Sequence record: SRR2962707_2394
Direction: 5' to 3' (one strand)
DNA: 56,547 nt
In this document: piece after piece, positions 11,090 through 20,107 of the stretch
Layout: each line of letters begins with the position of its first letter
Position numbering within the stretch: the first letter of the stretch is position 1
Notes under the pieces: model-generated
What the model saw: only the letters and a program-made list of their open reading frames with translations
The model's database searches: none
Told to the model about the DNA's origin: nothing
Made by a program: the position numbers and the translations under genes

Positions 11090-12781
11090 ATGGAGCCCGG
11101 ACACGTTGGCGGGTTTGGTGCGTTGGCGTTAAGTTCTGATATTAAGGCAACAGCAGCTCTTTCACGTGACGGCATTATTCTGATTGAAAAGAATGGGCTG
11201 GCCATTTTGCATGCTAATCCGGCAGCGGAAGCCATTTTTGCAGATGGTGTATCGACCTTGCGGGCAGGGACTGAAGTAAAGCAGTTTCTGGCTTTCCTTG
11301 CCAAGAATGCAGAATTTGCCAATGGTGATGCCAAGGGTGCCGTTCGTGAAACACTTGATCATGTTTCGGGTAAAAAAGGCAAAGCGGACTTAACGGATTT
11401 TGCCTTGGGAAAACGCAAATTCACCTGGCGTCGACATGACGGGCCCGATGGGTCGGTGGCCCTTGTTGTACGTGATGTTGGCAAGGCCGAAGAACTTGCC
11501 CGTTCATTGGCAGACCATAAAACCTTTATCCAGCATATGATCGAAGTTCTGCCAACCCCGGTTTACCTCAAGAACCTTGATGGTGTGATTAACCGTTGTA
11601 ACGCGGCGTTTGCCGAACTGATCGGGTCAAGCCCGGACCAGGTGATTGGTAAAAACCTTGCCGATGTTGCCGATAAGTCACTTGTCGATGTGATTACCAG
11701 CAAGGAAAAAACGCTTTCCGACACTTTTGATAATGCGCGTGATGAAATCAGTTTCGCGGTTGGCGATATCGTTCGAACGGTGATGTTTGCCGCGGCACGG
11801 CTTAAAGGCCCAAGCGGGGCCATCGTTGGCACGATCGGTTCACTGGTTGATATCACTTCATTGAAGGATGCACAGGCCGAAATCGCCGCTGCCACGGAAC
11901 GCCTGACGGGGTTGCTGGAACATGCCCCGGTCGGGGTAGCCATTTCCAATCGCACGGACGGGACGTTCAGTTTCTATAACCAGACCTTTGCCCGGCTTGT
12001 GAAACTTGGCGAGGATGACGAAAATACCGATGCAGTGTTGCTGTCTGATCGCTACCGGGCACAAAGCTTAAGCGACATGGATATGCTAGGTGAACTTCGC
12101 GATGTCGAGTTGCGCATTCGCAGACCCAGCATGAGCGAGGCGGTGTGGGTTAAAACCAACATAGAACCGATCGATTTTGAAGGCGAAAAGTCGGTTCTAT
12201 GGTGGATTAGCGACATAACCAAAGAAAAGCATGCTGCCCGGGAATTGCAAAACAAGGCCAATAATGACGCACTAACCGGTTTGGCCAACCGCGCGCGGTT
12301 CTTGCAAAAAATGACCCAGTCCGAACTTGTTCTGCGCGGAACGGTTGCACCCTCAGCGTTGTTCATTGTTGATCTCGACCGGTTGCGCGAACTGAACAAC
12401 AAGCAGGGCCATAGTGCTGGTGATGCTGTTTTGATTGAAACCGCCAAACGTCTGAAGCGTGCCGCGCGCCGGGCAGAAGAAATATCGCGTCTTGGGGGCG
12501 ATCAGTTCGGCCTGCTGTTCATCAACAAGGGCGATGAAAACTATATGATCGAGACGGCCAATGCCATTCTCAAGGAAATGGAACAACCTGTATCGTTGGA
12601 AAATGGTGCGAAAGCAACCGTGACATGTTCATTGGGTGTTGTGGTCTTTGATGCCGGGCTCAGTGATATGAGCGAACAGCTCCGCCGGGCCGACAAAGCC
12701 ATGCGCGCAGCCAAGGAAGCCGGATCGGGCCAGTATCGCCTGTATGCCCGCGACATCGAACCGGACCTTGATCAGGACTGA
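11090..12781 (+). CDS. PAS-domain GGDEF protein (variant GGDQF site)
   Basis: PAS domains, DALTGLANR, GHSAGDAVL, RLGGDQF; start uncertain. Confidence 0.88.
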   Translation: MEPGHVGGFGALALSSDIKATAALSRDGIILIEKNGLAILHANPAAEAIFADGVSTLRAGTEVKQFLAFLAKNAEFANGDAKGAVRETLDHVSGKKGKADLTDFALGKRKFTWRRHDGPDGSVALVVRDVGKAEELARSLADHKTFIQHMIEVLPTPVYLKNLDGVINRCNAAFAELIGSSPDQVIGKNLADVADKSLVDVITSKEKTLSDTFDNARDEISFAVGDIVRTVMFAAARLKGPSGAIVGTIGSLVDITSLKDAQAEIAAATERLTGLLEHAPVGVAISNRTDGTFSFYNQTFARLVKLGEDDENTDAVLLSDRYRAQSLSDMDMLGELRDVELRIRRPSMSEAVWVKTNIEPIDFEGEKSVLWWISDITKEKHAARELQNKANNDALTGLANRARFLQKMTQSELVLRGTVAPSALFIVDLDRLRELNNKQGHSAGDAVLIETAKRLKRAARRAEEISRLGGDQFGLLFINKGDENYMIETANAILKEMEQPVSLENGAKATVTCSLGVVVFDAGLSDMSEQLRRADKAMRAAKEAGSGQYRLYARDIEPDLDQD

Positions 12782-12815
12782 TTACAGATTAAGTCAGGCG
12801 GATCGATCAGCCGAT

Positions 12816-12849
12816 AAAAAAACGCCCGGTCGTGATGACCGGGCGTTTT
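12816..12849. terminator. Bidirectional intrinsic terminator
   Basis: AAAACGCCCGGTC-gtgat-GACCGGGCGTTTT. Confidence 0.85.
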
Positions 12850-12946
12850 CGTTCGCGTGTTCCTTTCGGGTGAAAGGATTAACCGCTGTAATACATGTCG
12901 TACTATTACCACTTAATAAAATCAGTAACTTACACCTACAAAAAGT

Positions 12947-14110
12947 CTAACGCGTTAGACTGGTCGGCTTGCTGTCCTGCCATTTGTTGATTGCACCCTG
13001 CGCCATGGTTGAATTGCGGGGAACGTATGTTTCCAGAATTTTTGATGTCGTATCAATCGACCAACCGGCCACGGCAGCAATCCCCTGAATCGTTACCCCG
13101 GCTTCTGACATCCGCACCGCTGCTGTTCGCCGAAGGTCACGCGGTTGGAGGTGCTTCATATGCTCCGGTGTTGCATTTCTGAAATGGCGCAAGAATGTGG
13201 TGTAATATAGCGGTTGCCCGTCATGCTGAACGATTGTGGTGCATCCCGCATCCTTCGCACGCCTCACAGCTTCTGCTACATGCTCAACCGCATCGCGGTG
13301 TAACGGGACTTCAAGGAACTTCCCGGTTTTTTGCTGTCTGACGCGCACTGAATTGGTTGCAGCATCATAATGGCTGACCAGCATCCTTAAAACATCAATT
13401 GGACGTTGAGCGGTGTATTGCAGAAGATAAAAAGCTGTAATCGTTGCGAATGATCGGTCGCCATTCTGTGCCAGCCTGTACCATTCATCGATATGTTGTT
13501 CTTCCCAGACGACCTGGCGCCTGCTGCCTTCGTTCGTTTCAAGGAATTGAGCCGGGTTCTTGTCGGTGATTTCCCATTTGATGGCAGTTTTGAAAAGGAT
13601 GTTGAGCAACGTCTTCAGTTTGCGGTCTGCGCCCTTTACCCCGTCGAAACCATCAACGAAGTCTTGCAGCATCGGCGTAGTGAAAGCGGTAATCGGAAGG
13701 TTTGGGCCAAGGTCATAGATCTGATTCATGTGCTGGATGTAAAATTTCTTTGTGCCTACAGCCAGCTTCTTGAACTTCCGGCTATTTTTGTATTTGGCAA
13801 TTACCCAGCCGATTGAGCCCGGATAGTGATCATGCTCGTTCTCGACAACCTGCCCCAGCGTAGCCAAGCGAGAGATTGCATGCGCTGTCAGTTGCTCATT
13901 GTCAGACAGGTTCTTGAGGATTGATTTGTCGATCTCAAAGTTCTTGTCCGCCAGATCATTAAGGGCATTCAGAACCTTGATGCGTTGTGAGCGGTCATCG
14001 GGCAACCGTGTCAGAGGCTGCCCGCGCCGTTGCCAGTAATACCTGAATGTGCCGTCAGTGTTGCGGCGCTGGGTAAGGTACCTCAGCTTTTCCCCGTTTG
14101 GCCCTGCCAT
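12947..14110 (-). CDS. int: Phage tyrosine integrase
   Basis: TAQRPID (catalytic R), RDLRRTA, AGW, ETYV (catalytic Y). Confidence 0.92.
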   Translation of the reverse strand: MAGPNGEKLRYLTQRRNTDGTFRYYWQRRGQPLTRLPDDRSQRIKVLNALNDLADKNFEIDKSILKNLSDNEQLTAHAISRLATLGQVVENEHDHYPGSIGWVIAKYKNSRKFKKLAVGTKKFYIQHMNQIYDLGPNLPITAFTTPMLQDFVDGFDGVKGADRKLKTLLNILFKTAIKWEITDKNPAQFLETNEGSRRQVVWEEQHIDEWYRLAQNGDRSFATITAFYLLQYTAQRPIDVLRMLVSHYDAATNSVRVRQQKTGKFLEVPLHRDAVEHVAEAVRRAKDAGCTTIVQHDGQPLYYTTFLRHFRNATPEHMKHLQPRDLRRTAAVRMSEAGVTIQGIAAVAGWSIDTTSKILETYVPRNSTMAQGAINKWQDSKPTSLTR

Positions 14111-14366
14111 TGATTCGCTCCCGCAGCAATCGTTTTGCCATGTCGTCATCGTTGGTAAGACCTCCTATTTCGTCAAGGGCCTTGTCCAAGACCTTGCGGT
14201 CAAAGACATTTTTTCTGATCCCGGCATGGTCCCGGTAGGGAACGGGGCTGAAAATCCCGGCGTCGACTGCCTTTTGAAACGTGTTCGGGTTTGTCAAGCC
14301 TACATATTCACAGGCCTGTTCAAGCGATATACAGCGTGGCGGGATGTTGGCTGGTAATGCGCTCAC
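14055..14366 (-). CDS. Excisionase-like winged-helix protein
   Basis: PPRCISLEQACEYVGL...FDRKVLD; directly upstream of int. Confidence 0.7.
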   Translation of the reverse strand: MSALPANIPPRCISLEQACEYVGLTNPNTFQKAVDAGIFSPVPYRDHAGIRKNVFDRKVLDKALDEIGGLTNDDDMAKRLLRERINGRAKRGKAEVPYPAPQH

Positions 14367-14833
14367 TTCTTACCTCCCGGCGCGGGCAACAATGCAGGCA
14401 TCGTTCCATTTTCATACGCCAATTCGATTTGCGGACGCATGAAGTCGCCAACGGTCTGACCATCTGGCAACGCGATATGCGCCATAAATTCATTATCAAA
14501 GACCGTGATCCCGGATTCGACGGCTTCCAGCTTCGCCTTGATGACCAAGGCCAGTGCGCGCCAGCGTTGCCGCTCGGCCTGTTCATAGGCCGCGTTGATC
14601 TGTGTCTGAGTTCTTTCTTTTCCGGATTCCGTCAGGCGGATGTCGTCGCTGCTGATATCCGGCTTGGGCAGCGAGAACTTGACCTGACGGCCATTCATGC
14701 GGAATCCGATGGCGTTGTGGCCAGCATCCCAGCCATAGATGAATTGATCAGCGCCATATCTGGTCAGGGTCTTTTCGATTTCAGCCCGCGACCGGTCGGC
14801 GGCGACTGTGGTTTTCTCTGCGTACTTTGCCAT
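14363..14833 (-). CDS. Phage hypothetical protein
   Basis: Coupled ORF; RQRWRALALVIKAKLEAVESGI resembles recurrent phage proteins. Confidence 0.75.
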   Translation of the reverse strand: MAKYAEKTTVAADRSRAEIEKTLTRYGADQFIYGWDAGHNAIGFRMNGRQVKFSLPKPDISSDDIRLTESGKERTQTQINAAYEQAERQRWRALALVIKAKLEAVESGITVFDNEFMAHIALPDGQTVGDFMRPQIELAYENGTMPALLPAPGGKK

Positions 14834-15370
14834 TCAATCACCTCCCTTCACCGGCACCGTATGGGGAGCGGCTTCCATTTTCTTGAGCAGGCAACAGGCG
14901 TATTCTGCCGCGTGATATGACGACTTGTTTGCGTCTTCGCCAGAAAAAGGAATGCGAACAGACAAGGTCACGCAGCAGTATTCTTGGTGGACGTTAATGC
15001 TAAACGGGTTTCGATCTGTCCCTTCAAACGCTTCAGGCATATTCAGTAGCGCAGTGACAACACTGTCGATCTCGGATTTTTGGATCGCTGCTTGCTTGGT
15101 TTTCAGTGATTTTTGCGAGATCGTTGATTCCATCCGGAAAACATCAAGAGAACAATCAACTCCCCATCCGTAATCCGATCCTTTCGGCTCCCACGGCTTC
15201 GGCTTTTCCTCAACGATTTCGAAATCAGTGCTGGTCAGGGCGGCATGATTGCAATAGTCGCCGGTTTGTTCCCATTTGATAAAACCGCTTTCATCGTGAT
15301 GGACTATGCCGCAAAGCGTCTTTGCCCGCATTCCCGGCTTAAGCGCCTCAATCAACATTGGCTTGCTCAT
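14834..15370 (-). CDS. Hypothetical protein
   Basis: ATGA-coupled ORF with GAGG RBS. Confidence 0.65.
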   Translation of the reverse strand: MSKPMLIEALKPGMRAKTLCGIVHHDESGFIKWEQTGDYCNHAALTSTDFEIVEEKPKPWEPKGSDYGWGVDCSLDVFRMESTISQKSLKTKQAAIQKSEIDSVVTALLNMPEAFEGTDRNPFSINVHQEYCCVTLSVRIPFSGEDANKSSYHAAEYACCLLKKMEAAPHTVPVKGGD

Positions 15371-16401
15371 GACTTCACCTCCGGCCATTCGTTGTGTTCG
15401 ACACCATCAAGGGAGCGGCCTGCGGCTTTCTTGCCGACCTTTTCGAAATCCTGACCATCAATCCGGCAGTAGCGGCCAGCTAATTCAAGATGTTCGGCAG
15501 TTTCGCTCGGCATTGATTCAACCGGCAGCCATGATCCATGTTGCTTAAAGAAGAACGGCACACCAGCGGCCTTGCACTGGTCGCGCAACAGCCTTGCCCA
15601 GTCCGGATGCATCGGGTTTGCGTTGTGGCCACTTTCTCCGCCTACGATTGCCCAATCGATGCCAGGTGCTGGTTGCCCGCATGGATGTTTGGCATCCCAG
15701 CCACCACCCATCGGCTGATACAGGTCAAGGATGGATGCGAGATCTACTTCTGACAGAAGCGGTTCGATACTGAGGAAGCGCACCGTGGCAGGGGTGTGGA
15801 GCAACATCGGAATGCGCTGATCTGCCGTGGCCTGATCTTCGACGCTTGTGCCAAGCCAGACGTTGGGCAGGGGAAAAGACCCGTGTGGCGGATGACCGCG
15901 ATGAATAAGGGCAGGCATCCGATAGGTGTCACCGCCATGTTCTTCAGCGATTTCGTAGCCACGGAAACCTATTGCCTCGTCCCGGTCGTCGGTGTTGAGG
16001 AACTTATTCATCCGCTCAGGCCGCTTGGTCAACACGATAAAGGTGTGCTGCGGGCATAGCGCCATGACGGCAAACACCTGATTGATCCAGTCATCGCTGT
16101 AGTGGCGCAGGAACACATCGGTCTGGCTGCAGACAAAGATGGTTGCAGGCTTCTTCCAGCCGATGGGTTGCATCAACGTCTTCTGATCAAGGAATACTTC
16201 GACCTGATCGGCGTCCTGCGCTGCGTACCTGACCGGGTTTTTGAACCGCTTCTGAAAGGTTTCGGCATAGCAGTTCTTGCAGCCTGCCGAGACTTTCTCG
16301 CAGAAATGCCCAACACCACCGGTCTTCTTGTTCCGGGCGCGCATCGGGTTCCACGTCTTGCCCGTGGAGTTCGGGCGCTTTGTCCATTCAATTTTGGTCA
16401 T
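15367..16401 (-). CDS. DUF5131 / phage Gp37-Gp68 family protein
   Basis: TKIEWT, CEKVSAGCKNCYA, LTKRPER, NVWLGTSVEDQ, IVGGESG, PFFFKQ. Confidence 0.9.
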   Translation of the reverse strand: MTKIEWTKRPNSTGKTWNPMRARNKKTGGVGHFCEKVSAGCKNCYAETFQKRFKNPVRYAAQDADQVEVFLDQKTLMQPIGWKKPATIFVCSQTDVFLRHYSDDWINQVFAVMALCPQHTFIVLTKRPERMNKFLNTDDRDEAIGFRGYEIAEEHGGDTYRMPALIHRGHPPHGSFPLPNVWLGTSVEDQATADQRIPMLLHTPATVRFLSIEPLLSEVDLASILDLYQPMGGGWDAKHPCGQPAPGIDWAIVGGESGHNANPMHPDWARLLRDQCKAAGVPFFFKQHGSWLPVESMPSETAEHLELAGRYCRIDGQDFEKVGKKAAGRSLDGVEHNEWPEVKS

Positions 16402-17144
16402 GCCGCAGCCCTTTCCATAATAAGCTGATCGACGTTGATCAGGTGAGGTTTGAAGTCGACAGCCCACAGCCAAGGGTTTGCGCGCCAACTGTCATCGCCA
16501 TTGATCGAACACCAGAGATCGGCAAAGCCGCATTTGAATGTTGGGCCAAGACAACCTATGTCTTCGCAGCTTTGTCTGATGTGGTCGCAAGGGTCGTCGT
16601 TGCGTTCTGCTCCCTCAGCCTTTGCATCCGCTTCGCTGATATCCTGCAAGTGTTCGACCCGCACATCAGTCACCTCAAGCGTGATCCGGCTTGCCCAGCG
16701 TGGCATGAACCGGCCAAGGCGCTTATGCCACTCAACCGTTTCCGGGTCTTTGTGATGACGGCCTTTGCGGAACTGCGTCGGTTCTTCGAACGAGATGCTA
16801 TCGCTTTCAGAGATAAAGGCCCATTTCTGGCGACCAGACTTTGTGCGCTTGCCTTCGACCGGCTCCCAATGCCCGCGCTGGAAATAACTTTCCCGCACAT
16901 AAAGCAGATCGCCGGGCTTGCCGTAGGGGCATTTACGAGCAACGCGCTTGCCGTCAATACGCTCAAATATCACTTCGTCATCAGTGACGTATTTGAAGCG
17001 GTAATCTTCCGGTGCATCGTTAATGCCAGCTAGTCCGTTTGATCGCCGAGTCTGCGTCTTGCCGGTGCCCGGGCTTTCGATCTCGCGCAGGATCGCTAGA
17101 ACCATCGGTGCGCTGAAAGGGATTGGTTTTGTTTGGATGGTCAT
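16398..17144 (-). CDS. Phage protein, ASCH/PUA-like
   Basis: PIPFSAPMV..GKTQTRR, MPRWASRITLEVTDVRVE, WRANPW. Confidence 0.75.
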   Translation of the reverse strand: MTIQTKPIPFSAPMVLAILREIESPGTGKTQTRRSNGLAGINDAPEDYRFKYVTDDEVIFERIDGKRVARKCPYGKPGDLLYVRESYFQRGHWEPVEGKRTKSGRQKWAFISESDSISFEEPTQFRKGRHHKDPETVEWHKRLGRFMPRWASRITLEVTDVRVEHLQDISEADAKAEGAERNDDPCDHIRQSCEDIGCLGPTFKCGFADLWCSINGDDSWRANPWLWAVDFKPHLINVDQLIMERAAA

Positions 17145-18979
17145 GCCACATCTCCCAGATCAGGAACATCAACGCTGATCGCAGTTGCAAGCGGGCGCAC
17201 CCAGATCGGGGTGGAGCCCAGTGCGAAGGTCTGGCCGGTTCGTGCCAACAGGATCGCACGGCCCATTTCTGAGCCAATCGCGGTTGCGGTGGCCGGTGGT
17301 ACGGCATTGCCGATCCATTCGCGCCAAGCGGTGTGCGACTTGCCAACAAGTTCGAACTCGATCCCTTCGTCCGGATCGAAAAGGTTCTGCAGGGCTGCCA
17401 GCTCATAAGTCGAGAACGGGCGGTTCCACGTATCCCATTCCGAACGGATCACGCATTGAACCTGATCTTTTGGTTCCGGCAGACGCCAATCGGCAACAGA
17501 GTTCCAGCCGTTGTCATATTTGCCGGCCGCCGTGATTGATTTGGCGGTATCGGATGCATCGACAACACCGTAATGCCCACCGGCCTGAAAGGCTTCGCGG
17601 GTTTCTCCACCAAAGGCGCGGGGATCGGCAATCGACATATGACCGCCTTGCACTCCCTTGCCGCCACCGATAACCGTTGGCGCGGCTTCGTCGCTTGCGC
17701 AAACCTTCATGTTACCACCGTGACGATAACCCCAGTTGGGGCGGGGATCGGCAACGGATGCGGCACCATCTGCCGGTTTGGTTGCCCCGATCACGGTATT
17801 GGCGTGACGATCAAGCGGGATCACCTTGTATTTGTTCCGGCTGGCGGCATCATTCCATGACAGGCGCGGATCAGCGACAGAGAACGGACCCTGCCCCGGG
17901 CTTCTGTGCCCCGTAACGGTTGACGCATTTTCGTCCATGGTTTTGACACCATATTGACGGTATTCCAGCGCATCGATCGGACGCGGATCCGCGACACTGT
18001 GAGCGCCGTTTGTCGGCCCGCTCCGCCCGGGCACGCAACCAGTCGCCTGATCGAAGCTTCGAACCCCAAGCACATCGCTTTGATAGGCCTGATCCGGGAT
18101 GATCCCGAAGTCTTTGAGGAATCCGTCTTCGACATTGAGACGGTTCAAGCTACGCCAGTCCTTTCCCGGTTCGATCAGGGCAAGTCGGACCCAAGTTTTC
18201 CAAGCCAGTGAGGGCAGGGTGTGCATAGCACCGGCAACAGGGTTTCCGGGCATCGGCAGCTTGTTCAGGATATCGCCAACCGTGAGCAAGGAACGTTTCG
18301 GCGGTTCATACAGGAACGGCGGCACCTTGGCCGCGTGACGGGCCACCAGAAGGAATCTGCGTCTTTTCTGTGCCAAGCCACCCAATTCACCGCAACAGTG
18401 CGTGGTGCGGGCAACGATGTAGCCATAGGCCTTTAACAGCTGTTCGATCTGATCAAGAAACTCAGCGCCCCGCGTCATGATGCGCGGCACGTTTTCCAGA
18501 AGATAGAAACTGGCGGGATCGTCTTTGAAGGCTTCGAGGGCCAACCAGATACCGCGCAGCGTCAGCGCGTTCAGGGCCTGATACTTCGCAGTGCCCGCAC
18601 GGTTTGCACCAAGCAGACCGGAGAAGCCTTTGCAGGGCGGTGAGGTAAACACGATATCGGGAAACTCGTTACCTGCGGCGCGGCGGATATCATCGGGGGA
18701 AACAGGACGCCAATCACGCCCCGGTTCCTGCCCGTGCCATGCGGTATATTGTTCGGCATCAAACAGGTCCATGACAGTCCCTTTGACACCTACCAACCGG
18801 TTAAAATTATCAACACAGCCCGGATCAACATCGATCCCGCCGATGTTGCGGAAGTTTGCGCGATAGGTCGCAACCTTGTTGGTGACTTCGGCGCGGCTAC
18901 GGTTCATGCCAGCCATACCGGCCCCGATGCCACAGAACAGGCCAAAGGTTTTGATGTCTTCGTTGATGATCTGGTTCAT
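17141..18979 (-). CDS. C5 DNA cytosine methyltransferase
   Basis: LFCGIG (motif I), SPPCKGFS (IV), ENV (VI), QKRRR (VIII), IGNAVPP (X). Confidence 0.92.
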   Translation of the reverse strand: MNQIINEDIKTFGLFCGIGAGMAGMNRSRAEVTNKVATYRANFRNIGGIDVDPGCVDNFNRLVGVKGTVMDLFDAEQYTAWHGQEPGRDWRPVSPDDIRRAAGNEFPDIVFTSPPCKGFSGLLGANRAGTAKYQALNALTLRGIWLALEAFKDDPASFYLLENVPRIMTRGAEFLDQIEQLLKAYGYIVARTTHCCGELGGLAQKRRRFLLVARHAAKVPPFLYEPPKRSLLTVGDILNKLPMPGNPVAGAMHTLPSLAWKTWVRLALIEPGKDWRSLNRLNVEDGFLKDFGIIPDQAYQSDVLGVRSFDQATGCVPGRSGPTNGAHSVADPRPIDALEYRQYGVKTMDENASTVTGHRSPGQGPFSVADPRLSWNDAASRNKYKVIPLDRHANTVIGATKPADGAASVADPRPNWGYRHGGNMKVCASDEAAPTVIGGGKGVQGGHMSIADPRAFGGETREAFQAGGHYGVVDASDTAKSITAAGKYDNGWNSVADWRLPEPKDQVQCVIRSEWDTWNRPFSTYELAALQNLFDPDEGIEFELVGKSHTAWREWIGNAVPPATATAIGSEMGRAILLARTGQTFALGSTPIWVRPLATAISVDVPDLGDVA

Positions 18980-19563
18980 TCCGCTGCTCCCTTCATCAAA
19001 CTGAAGCGCGGCAGAAGACGCTGGCAGGCATTACCCCATGCATGGATAACGGCGTCTTCTGGCTGCCAGACGACCTGCTTATAGAGATCGCCTGCATCGA
19101 ACTCTGGTTCTGCACCTGGCATGATTGCCTGTTCCTCGGCAGAGCAAAGAACCTGATCAGCTTCCTTGGTCTCGTATGCGATCATGCTTGGGATCGGATA
19201 AATCAGTTCCGCGGCCTCGAAAATTGCCGCATCGAACTTGGCGCAAAGCATTCGATAGGCCTTGTCGCCATCAGGGAGAATCGCCGCCATGGCGTTCTTG
19301 AATGGCGAACTGAGATCGTTACTAAAGATTTCATGGGCATCATGCAGCAACGCATAAGGTGCCGCCGTTTTCGTCACCAGATCAGTCATCAACAAGGAAT
19401 GCTGTGCCACTGACCACTGGGTATGCGGATGGCCGGTGAAGCGGCGAATGTTGGCCAATGAATGACCGATGACATTGAAATCGATGTCAGATGCTTTGAC
19501 ATTAAGCAGATCAATAATCCTGCCATTGCTGGCGCGCATCGCGGTGTTTTTGGTATTGCTCAT
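18976..19563 (-). CDS. HD-domain phosphohydrolase (YfbR-like)
   Basis: RRFTGH, SVAQHS, LLHDAHE. Confidence 0.85.
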   Translation of the reverse strand: MSNTKNTAMRASNGRIIDLLNVKASDIDFNVIGHSLANIRRFTGHPHTQWSVAQHSLLMTDLVTKTAAPYALLHDAHEIFSNDLSSPFKNAMAAILPDGDKAYRMLCAKFDAAIFEAAELIYPIPSMIAYETKEADQVLCSAEEQAIMPGAEPEFDAGDLYKQVVWQPEDAVIHAWGNACQRLLPRFSLMKGAAE

Positions 19564-20012
19564 GCCACTTCACCCCGCGTTTCTGTGCCGTGCGCATCGG
19601 CAAGACCTTTGACGAGGTTGGAAACCGACTTTTGTTCGGTGTCGGTCAGTGCGCTGTAGTTTCTGACCAGCTCCAAGGTTTTGCGGTCGTTGTTGGTTTC
19701 AACCGTCAGACCTTTTGGAACGCCATCTTCGGTTTCGATCCCGTCAAAGAAGAACGACACCGGCACCTCAAGGGCCTTGGACAAGTCATAGAGCCGTGAG
19801 GCCCCGACGCGGTTTGCACCGCGCTCATACTTCTGGACCTGTTGGAAGGTCAGGCCGAGATTATCTGCAAGAACGCTCAGGCTCTTGCCAAGCAAGGTAC
19901 GGCGGAGGCGGATGCGACTGCCGACATGGACGTCAACGGGGTTCGGGCCACCTTCTGCTGTACGGCCACGGTTGCTGCCGCGCATATCAGTGGTATTGTC
20001 TGAATTGGACAT
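19560..20012 (-). CDS. XRE family regulator (PraR/PhrR-like)
   Basis: PNPVDVHVGSRIRLRR...LGLTFQQVQKYERGANR. Confidence 0.88.
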   Translation of the reverse strand: MSNSDNTTDMRGSNRGRTAEGGPNPVDVHVGSRIRLRRTLLGKSLSVLADNLGLTFQQVQKYERGANRVGASRLYDLSKALEVPVSFFFDGIETEDGVPKGLTVETNNDRKTLELVRNYSALTDTEQKSVSNLVKGLADAHGTETRGEVA

Positions 20013-20107
20013 GATTCGTTCCTTCTCTTGGATGGAGATCGGTTGATTTGTGTTCAGGTGCTGACAGAGTTGCCGCTCTGTCAGCGCCGCTTATTCTCAG
20101 AGATCAG

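Noticed and set aside
12888-12932. dif/Xer site
   Set aside because: No XerD arm (TTATGTTAAA-like), and the phage has its own integrase.
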